Positions 8,808-18,959 are shown, counted from the stretch's first letter. The stretch is 64,000 bases of DNA from an uncultured delta proteobacterium (GCA_963796055.1 CAWCKH010000004.1:1504001-1568000), one strand, 5' to 3'. Notes: generated from the letters alone by a model not told the origin. Made by a program: numbers and translations.

Positions 8808-9829
8808 CCAGCGTGGCCGGAACGCTGGGCGCTTCCTCCGGGGTGCGCTTCACGCCCGCCCGGGCAACGCTGGTCCTGGGCGGGCTGCTGGCGCTGGCCC
8901 TGGCCGCGCTCGGGGCCTCGGTGCTGCTCGGCGAGTACCCGCTCCACCTCTTTCGCGCGCTGGCCGAGCCTGCCTCGCCGGACGGCCGGGTGCTGTTCGG
9001 GCTGCGCATCCCGCGGGCGGTGCTCGGAGCGCTGGTGGGCGCCGGGCTGGCCGCGAGCGGCAGCGCGCTGCAGGCGCTGCTCCGCAACCCCCTGGCCGAT
9101 CCCTTCGTCCTCGGTGTCTCCGGCGGTGCGGCGCTCGGGGCGACCCTGGCCCTGGCGCTCGGGCTGCAGGCGCTGGCCGGACCGTCGCTCTTCGCCTTCG
9201 TCGGTGCGGTGGCGGCGATGGCGCTGGTCCTCGCCGCTGGCCGGGCTCGGAGCTCGCCCTACGCGGCGCTGCTCACCGGCGTGGTGTTCAACGCCTTCGC
9301 CGCCGCGGTCATCACCTGCATCAAGACCCTGCTCACGCCGGACCGGCTGGGCGAGGTGCTGTACTGGCTGGCCGGGAGCCTGGGCTACGAGCAGCCCCGT
9401 ACCTTGCTCGTCGGCGGCGGGCTCCAGCTGCTGGCCCTGGGAGTCCTCTGGGCCGAGTCGGCGCGGCTCAACCTCCTGTCGCTGGGAGACGACGAGGCCG
9501 CCTCGCTCGGCGTGCCGGTGCGGCGCACCCGGGCGCTGGTGCTGCTGGCGGCCTCGCTGAGCGTCGCCGCGGCGGTGGCTCTGGCGGGCCTGGTGGGCTT
9601 CGTGGGCCTCATCGTGCCGCACCTGCTCCGGCTGTGGCTGGGGCCCGACCAGCGCCTGCTCGTCCCGGCGAGCGCGCTCGGCGGCGCGGCGTTCCTGGTG
9701 GTGGCCGACGCGGTGACCCGGATGCTCTTCGGGGTGTTCCACTCCGAGCCACCCGTCGGGGTGGTGACGGCCGTGCTCGGTGGACCGCTCTTCGTGTGGC
9801 TCCTCAACCGGCCGGAGCACCCGGCATGA
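8804..9829 (+). CDS. btuC: ABC permease, BtuC/FecCD family
   Basis: LRIPRAVLG, QALLRNPLADPFVLGVSGGA, GDDEAASLGV, GFVGLIVPH; ATG 8804 overlaps the upstream stop. Confidence 0.9.
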   Translation: MTSVAGTLGASSGVRFTPARATLVLGGLLALALAALGASVLLGEYPLHLFRALAEPASPDGRVLFGLRIPRAVLGALVGAGLAASGSALQALLRNPLADPFVLGVSGGAALGATLALALGLQALAGPSLFAFVGAVAAMALVLAAGRARSSPYAALLTGVVFNAFAAAVITCIKTLLTPDRLGEVLYWLAGSLGYEQPRTLLVGGGLQLLALGVLWAESARLNLLSLGDDEAASLGVPVRRTRALVLLAASLSVAAAVALAGLVGFVGLIVPHLLRLWLGPDQRLLVPASALGGAAFLVVADAVTRMLFGVFHSEPPVGVVTAVLGGPLFVWLLNRPEHPA

Positions 9830-10608
9830 CGCCCCCCGCGCTGCAGACCGAGGCGCTCGCCGTGGGGTACGGCACCTTCCCGGTGGTCTCCGGGGTGTCG
9901 GTCAGCGTGGCCCCGGGCACTCTCTGGGCGGTGCTCGGCCCGAACGGCTCGGGGAAGAGCACCCTGCTCCGCACGGTGCTCGGTCTGCTCCGCCCGCTTG
10001 CCGGCGAGGTGCGCCTCTTCGGCACGCCGCTCGCCCGCTGGGAGCGACGCGCGCTCGCTCGGCGCGTGGCCTGGATCCCCCAGGCGTTCGACGGCGACCC
10101 GGGCTTCACCGGGCTCGAGCTGGTGCTGATGGGCCGGGCTCCGCACCAGCGGGCGTGGGGGCTGCCGGGGCCGAAGGATCTCGCCGTGGCCCGGGCCGTC
10201 CTGGCCGAGCTGGGCATCGCCCATCTGGCGGGCCGGGTGGTCTCCCGGCTGTCCGGCGGCGAGAGGCGGCTCCTCCTGGTCGCCCGGGCGCTGGCCCAGG
10301 AGCCCGCGCTGCTGCTGCTCGACGAGCCCACCGCGTTCCTCGACCTGCAGCACCAGGCTCAGGTGCTGGAGCGGGTGCGTGCCCGGGTGCGGAGCGGGCT
10401 CGCGGCGATCGCCGTTCTCCACGATCCGAACCTCGCAGCGGCCTTCTCCGACCAGGGCCTGCTGCTACGCGACGGACGGGTGCTGGGCCAGGGCGACTCG
10501 AACGCGCTGCTCGACGCCGAGCGGCTGGGCCAGCTCTACGGGCTGGGGCTCGCCGAGGCCCGCACCGAGACCGGGCACCGGCTGTTCGCGCCCCGGGGGA
10601 CGCCATGA
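9826..10608 (+). CDS. btuD: ABC ATPase, BtuD/FecE family
   Basis: Walker A GPNGSGKST, signature LSGGE, Walker B LLLLDEPT; ATG 9826. Confidence 0.9.
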   Translation: MTPPALQTEALAVGYGTFPVVSGVSVSVAPGTLWAVLGPNGSGKSTLLRTVLGLLRPLAGEVRLFGTPLARWERRALARRVAWIPQAFDGDPGFTGLELVLMGRAPHQRAWGLPGPKDLAVARAVLAELGIAHLAGRVVSRLSGGERRLLLVARALAQEPALLLLDEPTAFLDLQHQAQVLERVRARVRSGLAAIAVLHDPNLAAAFSDQGLLLRDGRVLGQGDSNALLDAERLGQLYGLGLAEARTETGHRLFAPRGTP

Positions 10609-11405
10609 GGTCGAGCGCGCCCCGTCTCTCCCGGGCGATGGCGGTCTCTGCCGCCACGCACCTCGGCGTACTCGCCGCGCTTCTCGCCCTGGCGCAGCCG
10701 CGCACCTCTTCGACGCTGCCGATGCGGGTCGCCCTGGTGGGCGCTGCGGCACGGATCCCCTCCTCGCCCGGCGAGCCCGGGCCGATGCCGGGTCGCACAG
10801 GTCGGGAGACGACCGAGTTCGGCACAGATGAGGGGATCGCGCCCGCCGGTCTGGCGCCGATCGCGGCACCGCCTCCTCCGACCCGCACGATCCCCCGTGG
10901 GGTGCACCGTGCGTGGCCCGGGCCAGGCCCCACGGCGCCCGGCAACGCCGACGGCGCGGCCCGGGCGGCGGCCCTGGTCGCGCCGGTGCAATCGGACGTC
11001 TGGATGCTCTCCGGTCCCGGGGAGCCGCCCGTCGCCGGAGCGACGCCCCCGCCGCCCGGACCCGCGGGACGAGGCCCTGGTCGCGCCGGCGGCGAGGCAG
11101 GGGGAGCCGCGGACGGGGCGCGTGCGGCCTCGCTCCTCGCGGCGCTCTCGGAGCGGCTGGCATGGTCCGCCGAGCGCTGTGCCCCGCACGCCCTCGTCCG
11201 CACCGCGCGGCACGCCATCCCCGGCGTCCCGCTCCACTTCTGCCTCGACGCCGCCGGTCGGCCCAGCGACGTGGGGCTGCTCGGGACCACCGGCTCGGAG
11301 CAGCTGGACCGCGCCGCGCGGGACTGCGTGGTGCCGGGCGCGCTCCCGCTTCCGCCCGCTCCGGGTTGCTACACCGTGGAGGTCCGGTTCCCGACCCGCG
11401 GATGA
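10605..11405 (+). CDS. TonB-like energy transducer (divergent, Cys-containing C-terminal domain)
   Basis: N-terminal TM with SxxxH (SAATH), Pro/Gly-rich linker, C-terminal LHFCLDAAGRPSDVGLLGTTGSEQLDRAA; ATGA coupling to the ATPase gene. Confidence 0.7.
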   Translation: MRSSAPRLSRAMAVSAATHLGVLAALLALAQPRTSSTLPMRVALVGAAARIPSSPGEPGPMPGRTGRETTEFGTDEGIAPAGLAPIAAPPPPTRTIPRGVHRAWPGPGPTAPGNADGAARAAALVAPVQSDVWMLSGPGEPPVAGATPPPPGPAGRGPGRAGGEAGGAADGARAASLLAALSERLAWSAERCAPHALVRTARHAIPGVPLHFCLDAAGRPSDVGLLGTTGSEQLDRAARDCVVPGALPLPPAPGCYTVEVRFPTRG

Positions 11406-11454
11406 GAGCAGCCAGCGCGCCGGGCGCGGCACCGCCTCTGCCCGGGCGGGTGGA

Positions 11455-11937
11455 TCAGGGCTGCTGCAGCTTCGACTTGTTGGGGCCGCCCGTGCCCGGC
11501 GCCGCGTCCCAGCTCGGGCCCATGTCGACTCCGTTGACCAGGTAGTGGTCGCTGGGGCGGAACACCCGGCCGCCGCGCTGCGCGTTGCGCATCTCGGGCT
11601 CGTCGAGGTCCGCCGTCGGCGCGGTCGAGCCGCGCCCCGGGGCGGGCTCGGTGATCCCCGTGCCCCAACCGAACACGCCGTTGCCGGCGGGAGGGCCGGG
11701 GTCCTCCGCCCGCTCGAGCTCCTGCTCGTCGTTGGTGTCCGAGTTGACGCCCGCGGTGCCGTTCCGCTGGGACCGCCCCTCACCGGTCCCCGCATAGTCG
11801 ATGCCCGACCAGGCCATCTCCCGTCCGCGGGTGGTCAGCGGCTGGACGTCTCGCGCTGGAGGGGGTTCGGTGTACTGATCACATGCCGCGACGATGGCGG
11901 TGGCGCACACTACGACCCAACGGTGCATCGTTCCCAT
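11455..11937 (-). CDS. Hypothetical lipoprotein, low-complexity
   Basis: Lipobox-like IVAAC after a hydrophobic stretch; GC3-rich codons; start may be ATG 11928. Confidence 0.55.
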   Translation of the reverse strand: MGTMHRWVVVCATAIVAACDQYTEPPPARDVQPLTTRGREMAWSGIDYAGTGEGRSQRNGTAGVNSDTNDEQELERAEDPGPPAGNGVFGWGTGITEPAPGRGSTAPTADLDEPEMRNAQRGGRVFRPSDHYLVNGVDMGPSWDAAPGTGGPNKSKLQQP

Positions 11938-12009
11938 CCTGTGCAGTGGCTCCCGAGGCGCTCCCGGTCGGCTCTCCTAGCCGGTCCCGGGTCGCTTGGC
12001 CACAGCTGG

Positions 12010-12460
12010 ATGACCGGGTCGATGGACGGGGAACGGACGGCAGGTGGCGCGCGGCCACGGGTACACCCCGGACTGGCCCGGGCCTGGCGCTCGCTGGTGG
12101 AGCGGCTGCTGGGCGCGCTGGACCGGCTCCGGCTGCCGGGCGCCACGGTTCTCCCGGTCGCCGGGGCGGTGGTGGGCCTCTACGGCGGGCTGCCGGCGGG
12201 CGTGTTCGCCAACCTCATCGGGGTGGTGAGCGGGGTGGTGTTCGGGTGGCCGCAGCTGCTGGACATCGTCCGCCGGGGCTCCGAGACGCGCGCCGCGCTC
12301 CGCCTCTCGCTGGCCACCGCCCACTGGCACCCCGGATATCTGGTGGTCGGCGTGCCCCTGGCGCTCTCGGCCCGGCTCCGGACCGACCGGGCTACCCGTA
12401 CGGGGTGGTGACCCGCGCGGGGGCGCAGCGGGTGAAGCGTCGGGCGCTCGGGGCTTCCGG
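12010..12460 (+). pseudogene. N-terminal remnant of a myxobacterial ClC chloride-channel-like membrane protein
   Basis: LRLPGATVLPVAGAVVGLYGGLPAGVFANLIG...HWHPGYLVVGVPLAL matches my recollection of the N-terminus of myxobacterial ClC proteins; stops after ~133 codons, with a possible short continuation (QRVKRR) in another frame. Confidence 0.55.
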
Positions 12461-12490
12461 CGGGCCGACGATGGCGCCGACCGAGGAGTC

Positions 12491-12961
12491 CTAGGCGGCG
12501 CAGCGCGGGCACCGCCCGCGGACGTGGATCTCCGCGGCGGACCGCGCGGCGAGCGCCGGGGACAAGGTCACCGCGTCGACCGGCAGGCACTCCAGCTCCC
12601 CGCATTCGGTGCAGCTGAAGTGAGGGTGGTTCTGCTCGTGGCGTCGGGCGTCAGGGCCGCGCAGGTCGAACCGCCAGACGTGGTCGCCGAGGTCCCGGCG
12701 GTGCGCCAGGCCGCGCTCGGTGAGGTCCATCAGGATGCGGTACACGGTGGTGCGGTCCATCCCGTCCTGCGGGAGCAGCGCCACCATCTCGGGATGGCTC
12801 ATGGGCCGGGGCGCCCTCTGCAGCGCCTCGTAGACCCGCAGTCGTTGCTCGGTCACCCGGAGTCCGGCCTCGCGGAGGGCCCGACGCGCCTCCGTGCCGC
12901 GCGCCATCGTGGAGCCTGCGTGCTCTCCATTGATCCAGGACGCGGTCTGGGGGCTCGCCAT
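12491..12961 (-). CDS. Fur family transcriptional regulator
   Basis: GLRVTEQR, DRTTVYRIL, HPHFSCTECG and CPRC zinc motifs; RBS GAGGGAGA before ATG 12961. Confidence 0.92.
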   Translation of the reverse strand: MASPQTASWINGEHAGSTMARGTEARRALREAGLRVTEQRLRVYEALQRAPRPMSHPEMVALLPQDGMDRTTVYRILMDLTERGLAHRRDLGDHVWRFDLRGPDARRHEQNHPHFSCTECGELECLPVDAVTLSPALAARSAAEIHVRGRCPRCAA

Positions 12962-13017
12962 GGTGTTCTCCCTCGCTGGCCCCGGCCCGCGCCAGAGCAG
13001 TCAGGCCTGCCTGCGGG

Positions 13018-13033
13018 TGCAAGCGAGCCGCCA
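13018..13033 (-). promoter_or_regulatory. Putative sigma54 -24/-12 promoter of the Fur-family gene
   Basis: Minus-strand TGGCGGCTCGCTTGCA (GG-N10-GC); IHF-like AATCAAGCAATTC at 13040-13052. Confidence 0.6.
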
Positions 13034-13135
13034 AGGACGAATCAAGCAATTCCAGTGGCTTGCCCTCCGAACGATGTCGGGAATTCAAACGCCTCACATA
13101 CGCTGATGCAAGCGAATGACATCTTTCACAGCGGA

Positions 13136-13480
13136 CTAACCCATCCCCCCCTTGAGGCGTCGGCCGCCGATCAGGTGGAGGTGGAGATGGAAGACGGCCT
13201 GACCAGCATCGGGCCCGCTGTTCATCACCAGGCGGTAACCGGAGTCGGCGATCCCCCGCTCGGCCGCCACCTGCGAGGCGGTGAGGACGAGGTGGCCCAC
13301 CAGCTCGCGGTCCTCGGGAGTGAGGGCGCTGTTCGAGGGGATGTGCCGGAGGGGGACGAAGAGGACGTGCACCGGGGCCTGGGGATTGATGTCCTCGAAC
13401 GCGAGGCACCGGTCATCCCGCAGGACCAGCTTGGCGGGGATCTGCCCGTCCCGGATCTTGCAAAACACGCAATCGGACAT
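13136..13480 (-). CDS. hinT: Histidine triad (HIT) nucleotide-binding protein
   Basis: MSDCVFCKI, AFEDINPQAPVH, AGQAVFHLHLHLIGGR. Confidence 0.93.
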   Translation of the reverse strand: MSDCVFCKIRDGQIPAKLVLRDDRCLAFEDINPQAPVHVLFVPLRHIPSNSALTPEDRELVGHLVLTASQVAAERGIADSGYRLVMNSGPDAGQAVFHLHLHLIGGRRLKGGMG

Positions 13481-13593
13481 GGCGGTGACTCTGCCCGGGA
13501 GGCTCGGGCAGGCCAAGCGCCTCGGCAGTAACTCACCGCGGCATCGTCACGTAGGCCTTCCGGCCGCACACCACTGCCTCTGGAGGCTTCACG

Positions 13594-14250
13594 ATGGCGC
13601 GCAGCCGTTGGGCGATGCTCGCCCTGGTCCTCGCCATGCCGGGCGGGGCCCGGGCGCTGGAGGACGGATGGACGCACGACGTCGACCTGTCGATGGGGTT
13701 CGGCTCCGGCACGGTGATCGCCGCGCTGAGCGAGGTGAGCGCGTTCGGGCTGTTGGGGGGACGGCTGCGACTCGGCGCCGGGCCGCGGCTGCTCGGGGTG
13801 TTCGGTGGAGACGGCCTCGCCTTCTCCACGGCGGACGCGGACCTCATCGCCGCCGGCCGGACCCAGACGCTCGCGGTCTCCGGCGTGCGGACCGGCGCCT
13901 TGAACGTGGCGCTCTCGGTGCGGGTACGCATCGTGGCCGGGCTCGAGCTCGGGGCGAACATCGACGTGGTGGGCGTGGGCTTCGGCCGCACGCGCCCGGT
14001 CAGCTCGGGCGGCGTCCAGACCGACGCCGCTCCTCCCACCCTGAACCTGCTCACCGTCGGGCGGAAGGATCAGGGGACGCTCGACTCGGAGTTCTTCGTC
14101 GCCTGGTGGTTCGGCGAGCGGGTGGCGATCCGCGCGGGCGCCTCGCACGTGGAGACCGAGCTGGTGACGGAAGAGCCGCTCCAGGACGGGAACGATCGGT
14201 TTCGCCGCACCAGCACGCTCTTCTTCGTCGCGGTCACCCACCGGCTGTGA
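13594..14250 (+). CDS. Hypothetical exported protein, probable outer-membrane beta-barrel
   Basis: Signal peptide; alternating amphipathic strands; C-terminal LFFVAVTHRL. Confidence 0.6.
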   Translation: MARSRWAMLALVLAMPGGARALEDGWTHDVDLSMGFGSGTVIAALSEVSAFGLLGGRLRLGAGPRLLGVFGGDGLAFSTADADLIAAGRTQTLAVSGVRTGALNVALSVRVRIVAGLELGANIDVVGVGFGRTRPVSSGGVQTDAAPPTLNLLTVGRKDQGTLDSEFFVAWWFGERVAIRAGASHVETELVTEEPLQDGNDRFRRTSTLFFVAVTHRL

Positions 14251-14927
14251 GCTCTTCGCGGTTCCTGTGGCTCGCGCTGTTCGTGCCGGCGCTCGCCGCG
14301 GCGGAGCCCCGTACCTTCCGGGTGGCGCCGCCGGCCGAGGGGAGCAAGGCCGAGGCGGTGGTGGTCTACAGCCTGGGCACGCACACCCAGACCGCACAGG
14401 AGATCCGCGGCGAGGTGACCCTCGATCCGTCGACCCTCGCCTCCGCCTCGGGGGCGGTGGTGGTGCCGCTCGCTGGCATCAAGGGCGATGGAGGCACCCG
14501 CGACTGCCACATGCGCGAGGCGCTCGGGCTGGACTACGCCGTCGGAGGTCGTTTCCCCAAGGAGCACGTCTGCGATGGACAGGACCGGCTCCCGGCGAGC
14601 GGCCCCGAGTCGGTGGCCTTCCCCGACATCCGCCTCGAGCTGGTCGGGGCGAGGCCGCTGGACGACCTCGCCCTGCTCGAGGCCGGAAAGCCGGTGCGGG
14701 TGGAGCTCGAGGTGCGCTGGATTCTGCACGGCGTGACCCATGCGGCGCGCGAGCTGACCCGGGTGCTGCGCGAAGGGACGGGCCTCCGGGTCCGCGGCCG
14801 CTCGACGGTGGTGCTCGCCGACCATGGCGTGGTGGTGAGGCCGACCAAGGTGCTGTTCGCGGAGATCAAGGTCGGCGACGCGGTGACCGTCACCTACAAT
14901 CTGCGGCTGGTGCCGGTTTCCCCCTGA
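14247..14927 (+). CDS. YceI family periplasmic protein
   Basis: GTG 14247 overlaps the upstream stop; signal peptide; RDCHMRE, FPDIRL, LHGVTH, LADHGV and DAVTV follow the YceI pattern. Confidence 0.75.
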   Translation: MSSSRFLWLALFVPALAAAEPRTFRVAPPAEGSKAEAVVVYSLGTHTQTAQEIRGEVTLDPSTLASASGAVVVPLAGIKGDGGTRDCHMREALGLDYAVGGRFPKEHVCDGQDRLPASGPESVAFPDIRLELVGARPLDDLALLEAGKPVRVELEVRWILHGVTHAARELTRVLREGTGLRVRGRSTVVLADHGVVVRPTKVLFAEIKVGDAVTVTYNLRLVPVSP

Positions 14928-14976
14928 GCGTTCCGGCCGTGGATGGCGCGGTCCCGGGGCCGGTGCGCGCGCCGAC

Positions 14977-16428
14977 TCAGGGCAGATCGGCGCGGTACGT
15001 CGGGTCTGGCGCGCAGGGCCCCTGGAAGAGCCTTGCCAGAACCAGCGGGCCGTCCCGGGCGATCACCGCCTGGGGCGGCACGGCGTACCCGACGGTCAGC
15101 ACGACATCGTAGTGCCGCGAGGCCCGCGGCGGCCCGAGGTGCGAGTACATCGGCGCGTCGCGATGGAAGTACGTGTAGCCGCCCGCCCAGGCGATGTGCG
15201 TGGCCTCCACCTTGAGGCCGCACAGGACGGGCAGCTCGCTGGCCACCAGCAGCAGCCGGTTCACCGGGGCGAAGTCGTCGTAGGCGCTCACCGTGTCGCG
15301 CTGGCCGTCGTAGGCCCCGAGCTCACCAAACGTCAGGGTGTGGAACCGCGCGCCCGAGACGATGGCCGCGAGCAGCGCCAGCCCCACCGGGAGCCGACGG
15401 TCGATGCGGGTGGAGGCGACCGAGAGCCCCACCCCGGCCAGGGCCATCGCCGCCGGCAGGACCGGGAGGATGAACCGCAGCTCCTTGTGGGGGATGGCGC
15501 TGTGCACGGCGAGGAACAGGCCCACCGCCGCCGCCAGTGCGGGCGCTCGCAACAGCCCGAGGAGCACCGCCGGGGCCATCACCGCCGAGACGGCCGGCAT
15601 CGAGGTCCACAGGACGCGGAGGTAGTAGCCGGCCGGTGAGGCGCCGAAGAGCGCTCCCTTGCCCTGCACCCAGTTGTAGCGCCAGTACGCGATCGCGGAG
15701 TGAAACCACCCGCCCCAGGTCAGCCGGTCGAGCAGCCCGAGGAGCAGCGCCCAGCCGGCGAGCACCGCGGTGACCTCCAGCGCCTCGCGCCATCGCCGCC
15801 GCGCGAGCCAGGCGCCTGCCAGCGCCACGCAGAGCAGCGCGTCCTGGAGGCGGAGCAGCACGGCGAACCCGAGCAGCGAGGCCCCGAGCAGCCTCTCCCG
15901 CCAGGACGCCTCTCGCGGCAGTGCCCAGGCGAGCCCCAGGGTGACCGGGAATGCCGAGAGCGGCTCCGACAGCCCGCGCGGGGCGAAGTAGATGGCCGGG
16001 GCGGCGAGCGCCCAGAGCGCGCCGGCCATCGCCGATTCGAGTGGGCCCGCGCCCATGCGGCGGGCCAGCCGCGCGGTGGCCCAGGCGGTGGCCACTCCCA
16101 CCGCGGCGAAGACCAGCTTGGCCGCGGGCACGTACTGGGCCGGCCGCGAGAGCCCCAGCCCGCGGAACAGCTCGAGCAGCCCGGCGACGAGCCCGGGCAG
16201 CACCCAGGTGCGCAGCCCCTCACGGAACTCGAGCGGCACCCAGCCCCGGCCCCAGACCAGCCGGTGCGCCGGCTCGAGCGACTGGTAGATCTCGTCCGGC
16301 CAGGCGATGCCCTGGTCGGTGAGGGCCAGCCAACCGCGCAGCGCCGCCCCGGCCGCCAGCGCCGCGAGCAGCACCCACCGCGCGCGCCTCGTGTCGTCGG
16401 CCGTGTCAGCTGGAGCGTCGGGCGGCAC
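14977..16428 (-). CDS. GT-C glycosyltransferase, PIG-B/Alg9-like (GT22) mannosyltransferase
   Basis: [19 protein letters not shown]...EFREGLR and [13 protein letters not shown] motifs; multiple TM helices. Confidence 0.85.
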   Translation of the reverse strand: MPPDAPADTADDTRRARWVLLAALAAGAALRGWLALTDQGIAWPDEIYQSLEPAHRLVWGRGWVPLEFREGLRTWVLPGLVAGLLELFRGLGLSRPAQYVPAAKLVFAAVGVATAWATARLARRMGAGPLESAMAGALWALAAPAIYFAPRGLSEPLSAFPVTLGLAWALPREASWRERLLGASLLGFAVLLRLQDALLCVALAGAWLARRRWREALEVTAVLAGWALLLGLLDRLTWGGWFHSAIAYWRYNWVQGKGALFGASPAGYYLRVLWTSMPAVSAVMAPAVLLGLLRAPALAAAVGLFLAVHSAIPHKELRFILPVLPAAMALAGVGLSVASTRIDRRLPVGLALLAAIVSGARFHTLTFGELGAYDGQRDTVSAYDDFAPVNRLLLVASELPVLCGLKVEATHIAWAGGYTYFHRDAPMYSHLGPPRASRHYDVVLTVGYAVPPQAVIARDGPLVLARLFQGPCAPDPTYRADLP

Positions 16429-16466
16429 GTGGGGGAGCCCCGTGATACATCAATCGGCGACCGTCC

Positions 16467-17432
16467 ATGAGCTCGATCAAGATCGCGCGGCTGCTCGAGG
16501 ACCGGGATTTCGGGCTCCAGCTGACCCTGGTCACCGGGGCGGAGGGGCTCGGCCGCGTCATCACCAGCTCACGCATCCAGAAGCCCGGCCTGGCGCTGGC
16601 CGGGTTCACCGAGCACCTGCACCCCGAACGGGTGCAGGTCTTCGGCAACACCGAGATCGCCTACCTGAACACCCTGGACGAGGCGACCCAGCGCGAGGCG
16701 CTGAAGAAGCTCAGCGACTCGAACCTGGCCTGCGTGGTGGTCACCAAGGACCTGGACATTCCCCGCTCGCTGGTCGACGTCTGCAGCGCGGCCCAGCTGG
16801 CGCTGATGAAGACCCCGCTGCTCTCGTCCACCTTCATCCAGCAGGTCACCGCCTTTCTCGAGGAGTCGCTCACCGAGTCCGCCAGCCTCCACGGCGTGCT
16901 GATGGACGTCATCGGGGTGGGCATTCTGTTGCTGGGAAAGTCCGGCATCGGCAAGAGCGAGATCGCCCTCGACCTGGTCACCCGCGGTCACCGCCTGGTC
17001 GCCGACGACATCGTGGAGGTCACCCGCCGCAAGCAGGACACGGTCCACGGCTCGGGCAACCCGATCATCAAGCACCACATGGAGATCCGGGGCCTGGGCA
17101 TCATCAACATCAAGGACCTGTTCGGCGTGGCGGCGGTCCGCGATCGGAAGAAGATCGAGCTGGTCATCGAGCTGGTGGAGTGGGATCCCCACCGCGAGTA
17201 CGACCGGCTGGGCGTCGAGGAGCGCTTCTTCAACGTGGTGGGGGTCGACCTTCCCCTCTCCACCATCCCGGTGCGCCCGGGCCGGAACATCACCACCCTG
17301 ATCGAGGTGGCGGCCAGGAACCACCTGCTCAAGCTTCAGGGCCACCACAGCGCCAAGGAGTTCGCCGAGCAGCTCAACCGCGCCATCGCCGAGGGCGCCA
17401 TGCGGAGGACCCTGGGCGAGGAGGTGGAGTGA
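16467..17432 (+). CDS. hprK: HPr kinase/phosphorylase
   Basis: [40 protein letters not shown]. Confidence 0.97.
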   Translation: MSSIKIARLLEDRDFGLQLTLVTGAEGLGRVITSSRIQKPGLALAGFTEHLHPERVQVFGNTEIAYLNTLDEATQREALKKLSDSNLACVVVTKDLDIPRSLVDVCSAAQLALMKTPLLSSTFIQQVTAFLEESLTESASLHGVLMDVIGVGILLLGKSGIGKSEIALDLVTRGHRLVADDIVEVTRRKQDTVHGSGNPIIKHHMEIRGLGIINIKDLFGVAAVRDRKKIELVIELVEWDPHREYDRLGVEERFFNVVGVDLPLSTIPVRPGRNITTLIEVAARNHLLKLQGHHSAKEFAEQLNRAIAEGAMRRTLGEEVE

Positions 17433-18307
17433 TGGACGCCCCGGCGAACGAGCGCCGGCGCATCGTCATCCTCACCGGGGTGTCGGGATCGGGAAAGTCC
17501 ACCGCCGTCCGGGCGCTGGAGGACGCCGGGTACTTCTGCATCGACAACCTGCCGGTGGTCCTGGTGCCCCAGCTCACCGGGCTCGCCGAGCTGGCCCAGC
17601 CGGACACCCGCTTCGCCCTGGTGATCGACGCCCGCGAGGGGGAGATGCTCCGGCAGGCGCCCGGCATTCTCGCCCGTCTGCGCGCCGAGGGGCATCACGT
17701 CGAGCTGGTCTTCCTCGACGCCTCGGACGAGAGCCTGGTTCGCCGCTACTCCGAGACCCGGCGTCGGCATCCGCTGGCCTCGGACGAGAGCGTGCCAGCG
17801 GGAATCGCCCGGGAGCGGGAGCTGCTCGCGGACCTGCGTGACCTGGCCGACCAGGTCATCGACACCTCCCAGCTGAACGTCCACGACCTGAAGCGGCTGG
17901 TGATGGCCCGCTTCGGCGAGTCCGGCACCTCACTGCCGAGCCTCACCGTCGTCTCCTTCGGCTACCGGTACGGGGTCCCACCCCAGGCCGACCTGGTCTT
18001 CGACCTCCGCTTCCTTCCCAACCCGTACTTCGTGCCCGAGCTCAAGCCGCTGACCGGGGAGGACCCGGCGGTCGCCCGCTACGTCCTCGAGCGGTCGGAG
18101 GCCCAGGAGTTCCTGAGCCGCATCGTGGACCTGGCGCAGTTCCTGTTCCCCCGCTACCAGCGCGAGGGAAAGGCGTATCTGACCGTGGCCCTGGGCTGCA
18201 CCGGCGGGAAGCACCGGAGCGTCGCCGTGGCCGCCGCCCTCGCCCAGCGCCTCGGCGCGGGCCGGGCCGGAGTGCAGCTGCAGCACCGAGACATCGAGAA
18301 GGAGTAA
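17432..18307 (+). CDS. rapZ: RNase adapter RapZ (YvcJ family P-loop protein)
   Basis: [56 protein letters not shown] overlap with hprK. Confidence 0.96.
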   Translation: MDAPANERRRIVILTGVSGSGKSTAVRALEDAGYFCIDNLPVVLVPQLTGLAELAQPDTRFALVIDAREGEMLRQAPGILARLRAEGHHVELVFLDASDESLVRRYSETRRRHPLASDESVPAGIARERELLADLRDLADQVIDTSQLNVHDLKRLVMARFGESGTSLPSLTVVSFGYRYGVPPQADLVFDLRFLPNPYFVPELKPLTGEDPAVARYVLERSEAQEFLSRIVDLAQFLFPRYQREGKAYLTVALGCTGGKHRSVAVAAALAQRLGAGRAGVQLQHRDIEKE

Positions 18308-18533
18308 GCAAGCAAGCTCGGCGGGTCGGTGCTCCAGGCCTGTTACTGGCCGCCAGAAGCTCCGCGAGGGTCGCTCCCACCCCGGGGTCCGCCTGGACGC
18401 CGGCTGGACACCCCCGGTCGCCGCCTTATTCTTTGGTGGCGCGTGAAGATCCGGTGCGCGGCGCGTGTCGAATGGTTGCAGCGAACGGCGGCGTGGGAGT
18501 AGGGAGCCGCGGCGGACTGCAGAGAGGTGTCAC

Positions 18534-18959
18534 ATGGTCGGGCTCGTGGTCGCAGCCCATGGTCGTCTGGCGCAGGAGCTGGTGGCGACCGCAGAACAGA
18601 TCATGGGAGCTTTGCCCGAGGTGGCCACGGTGAGCATCGAGCCGGGCACATCGCCGGAGAGCATTCGCGCCCAGATGCGCGCGGCGGTGAAGGAGCTGGA
18701 CCATGGCGAGGGCGTGCTCGTCCTCGCGGACCTGTTCGGCGGCACCCCGTGCAAGGAGTCGCTCCTGCTCTGCGGGAAGGCAAACGTCGAGGTGCTGGCC
18801 GGCGTGAACCTCCCCATGCTGATGAAGGCAGCCTCGCTCCGGAAGGAGCACCTGCCCTTGCACGACCTGGCCGAGTCGCTGCTCACCTACGCCCAGCGCA
18901 ACATCCGCTTCGCCTCAGAGCTGGTCCGCGACGCCGCCGGGCGCCACGTCGCCTCCTGA
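18534..18959 (+). CDS. PTS mannose/fructose-family EIIA
   Basis: VVAAHG (phospho-His), DLFGGTP, GVNLPML; RBS GAGAGG before ATG 18534. Confidence 0.93.
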   Translation: MVGLVVAAHGRLAQELVATAEQIMGALPEVATVSIEPGTSPESIRAQMRAAVKELDHGEGVLVLADLFGGTPCKESLLLCGKANVEVLAGVNLPMLMKAASLRKEHLPLHDLAESLLTYAQRNIRFASELVRDAAGRHVAS

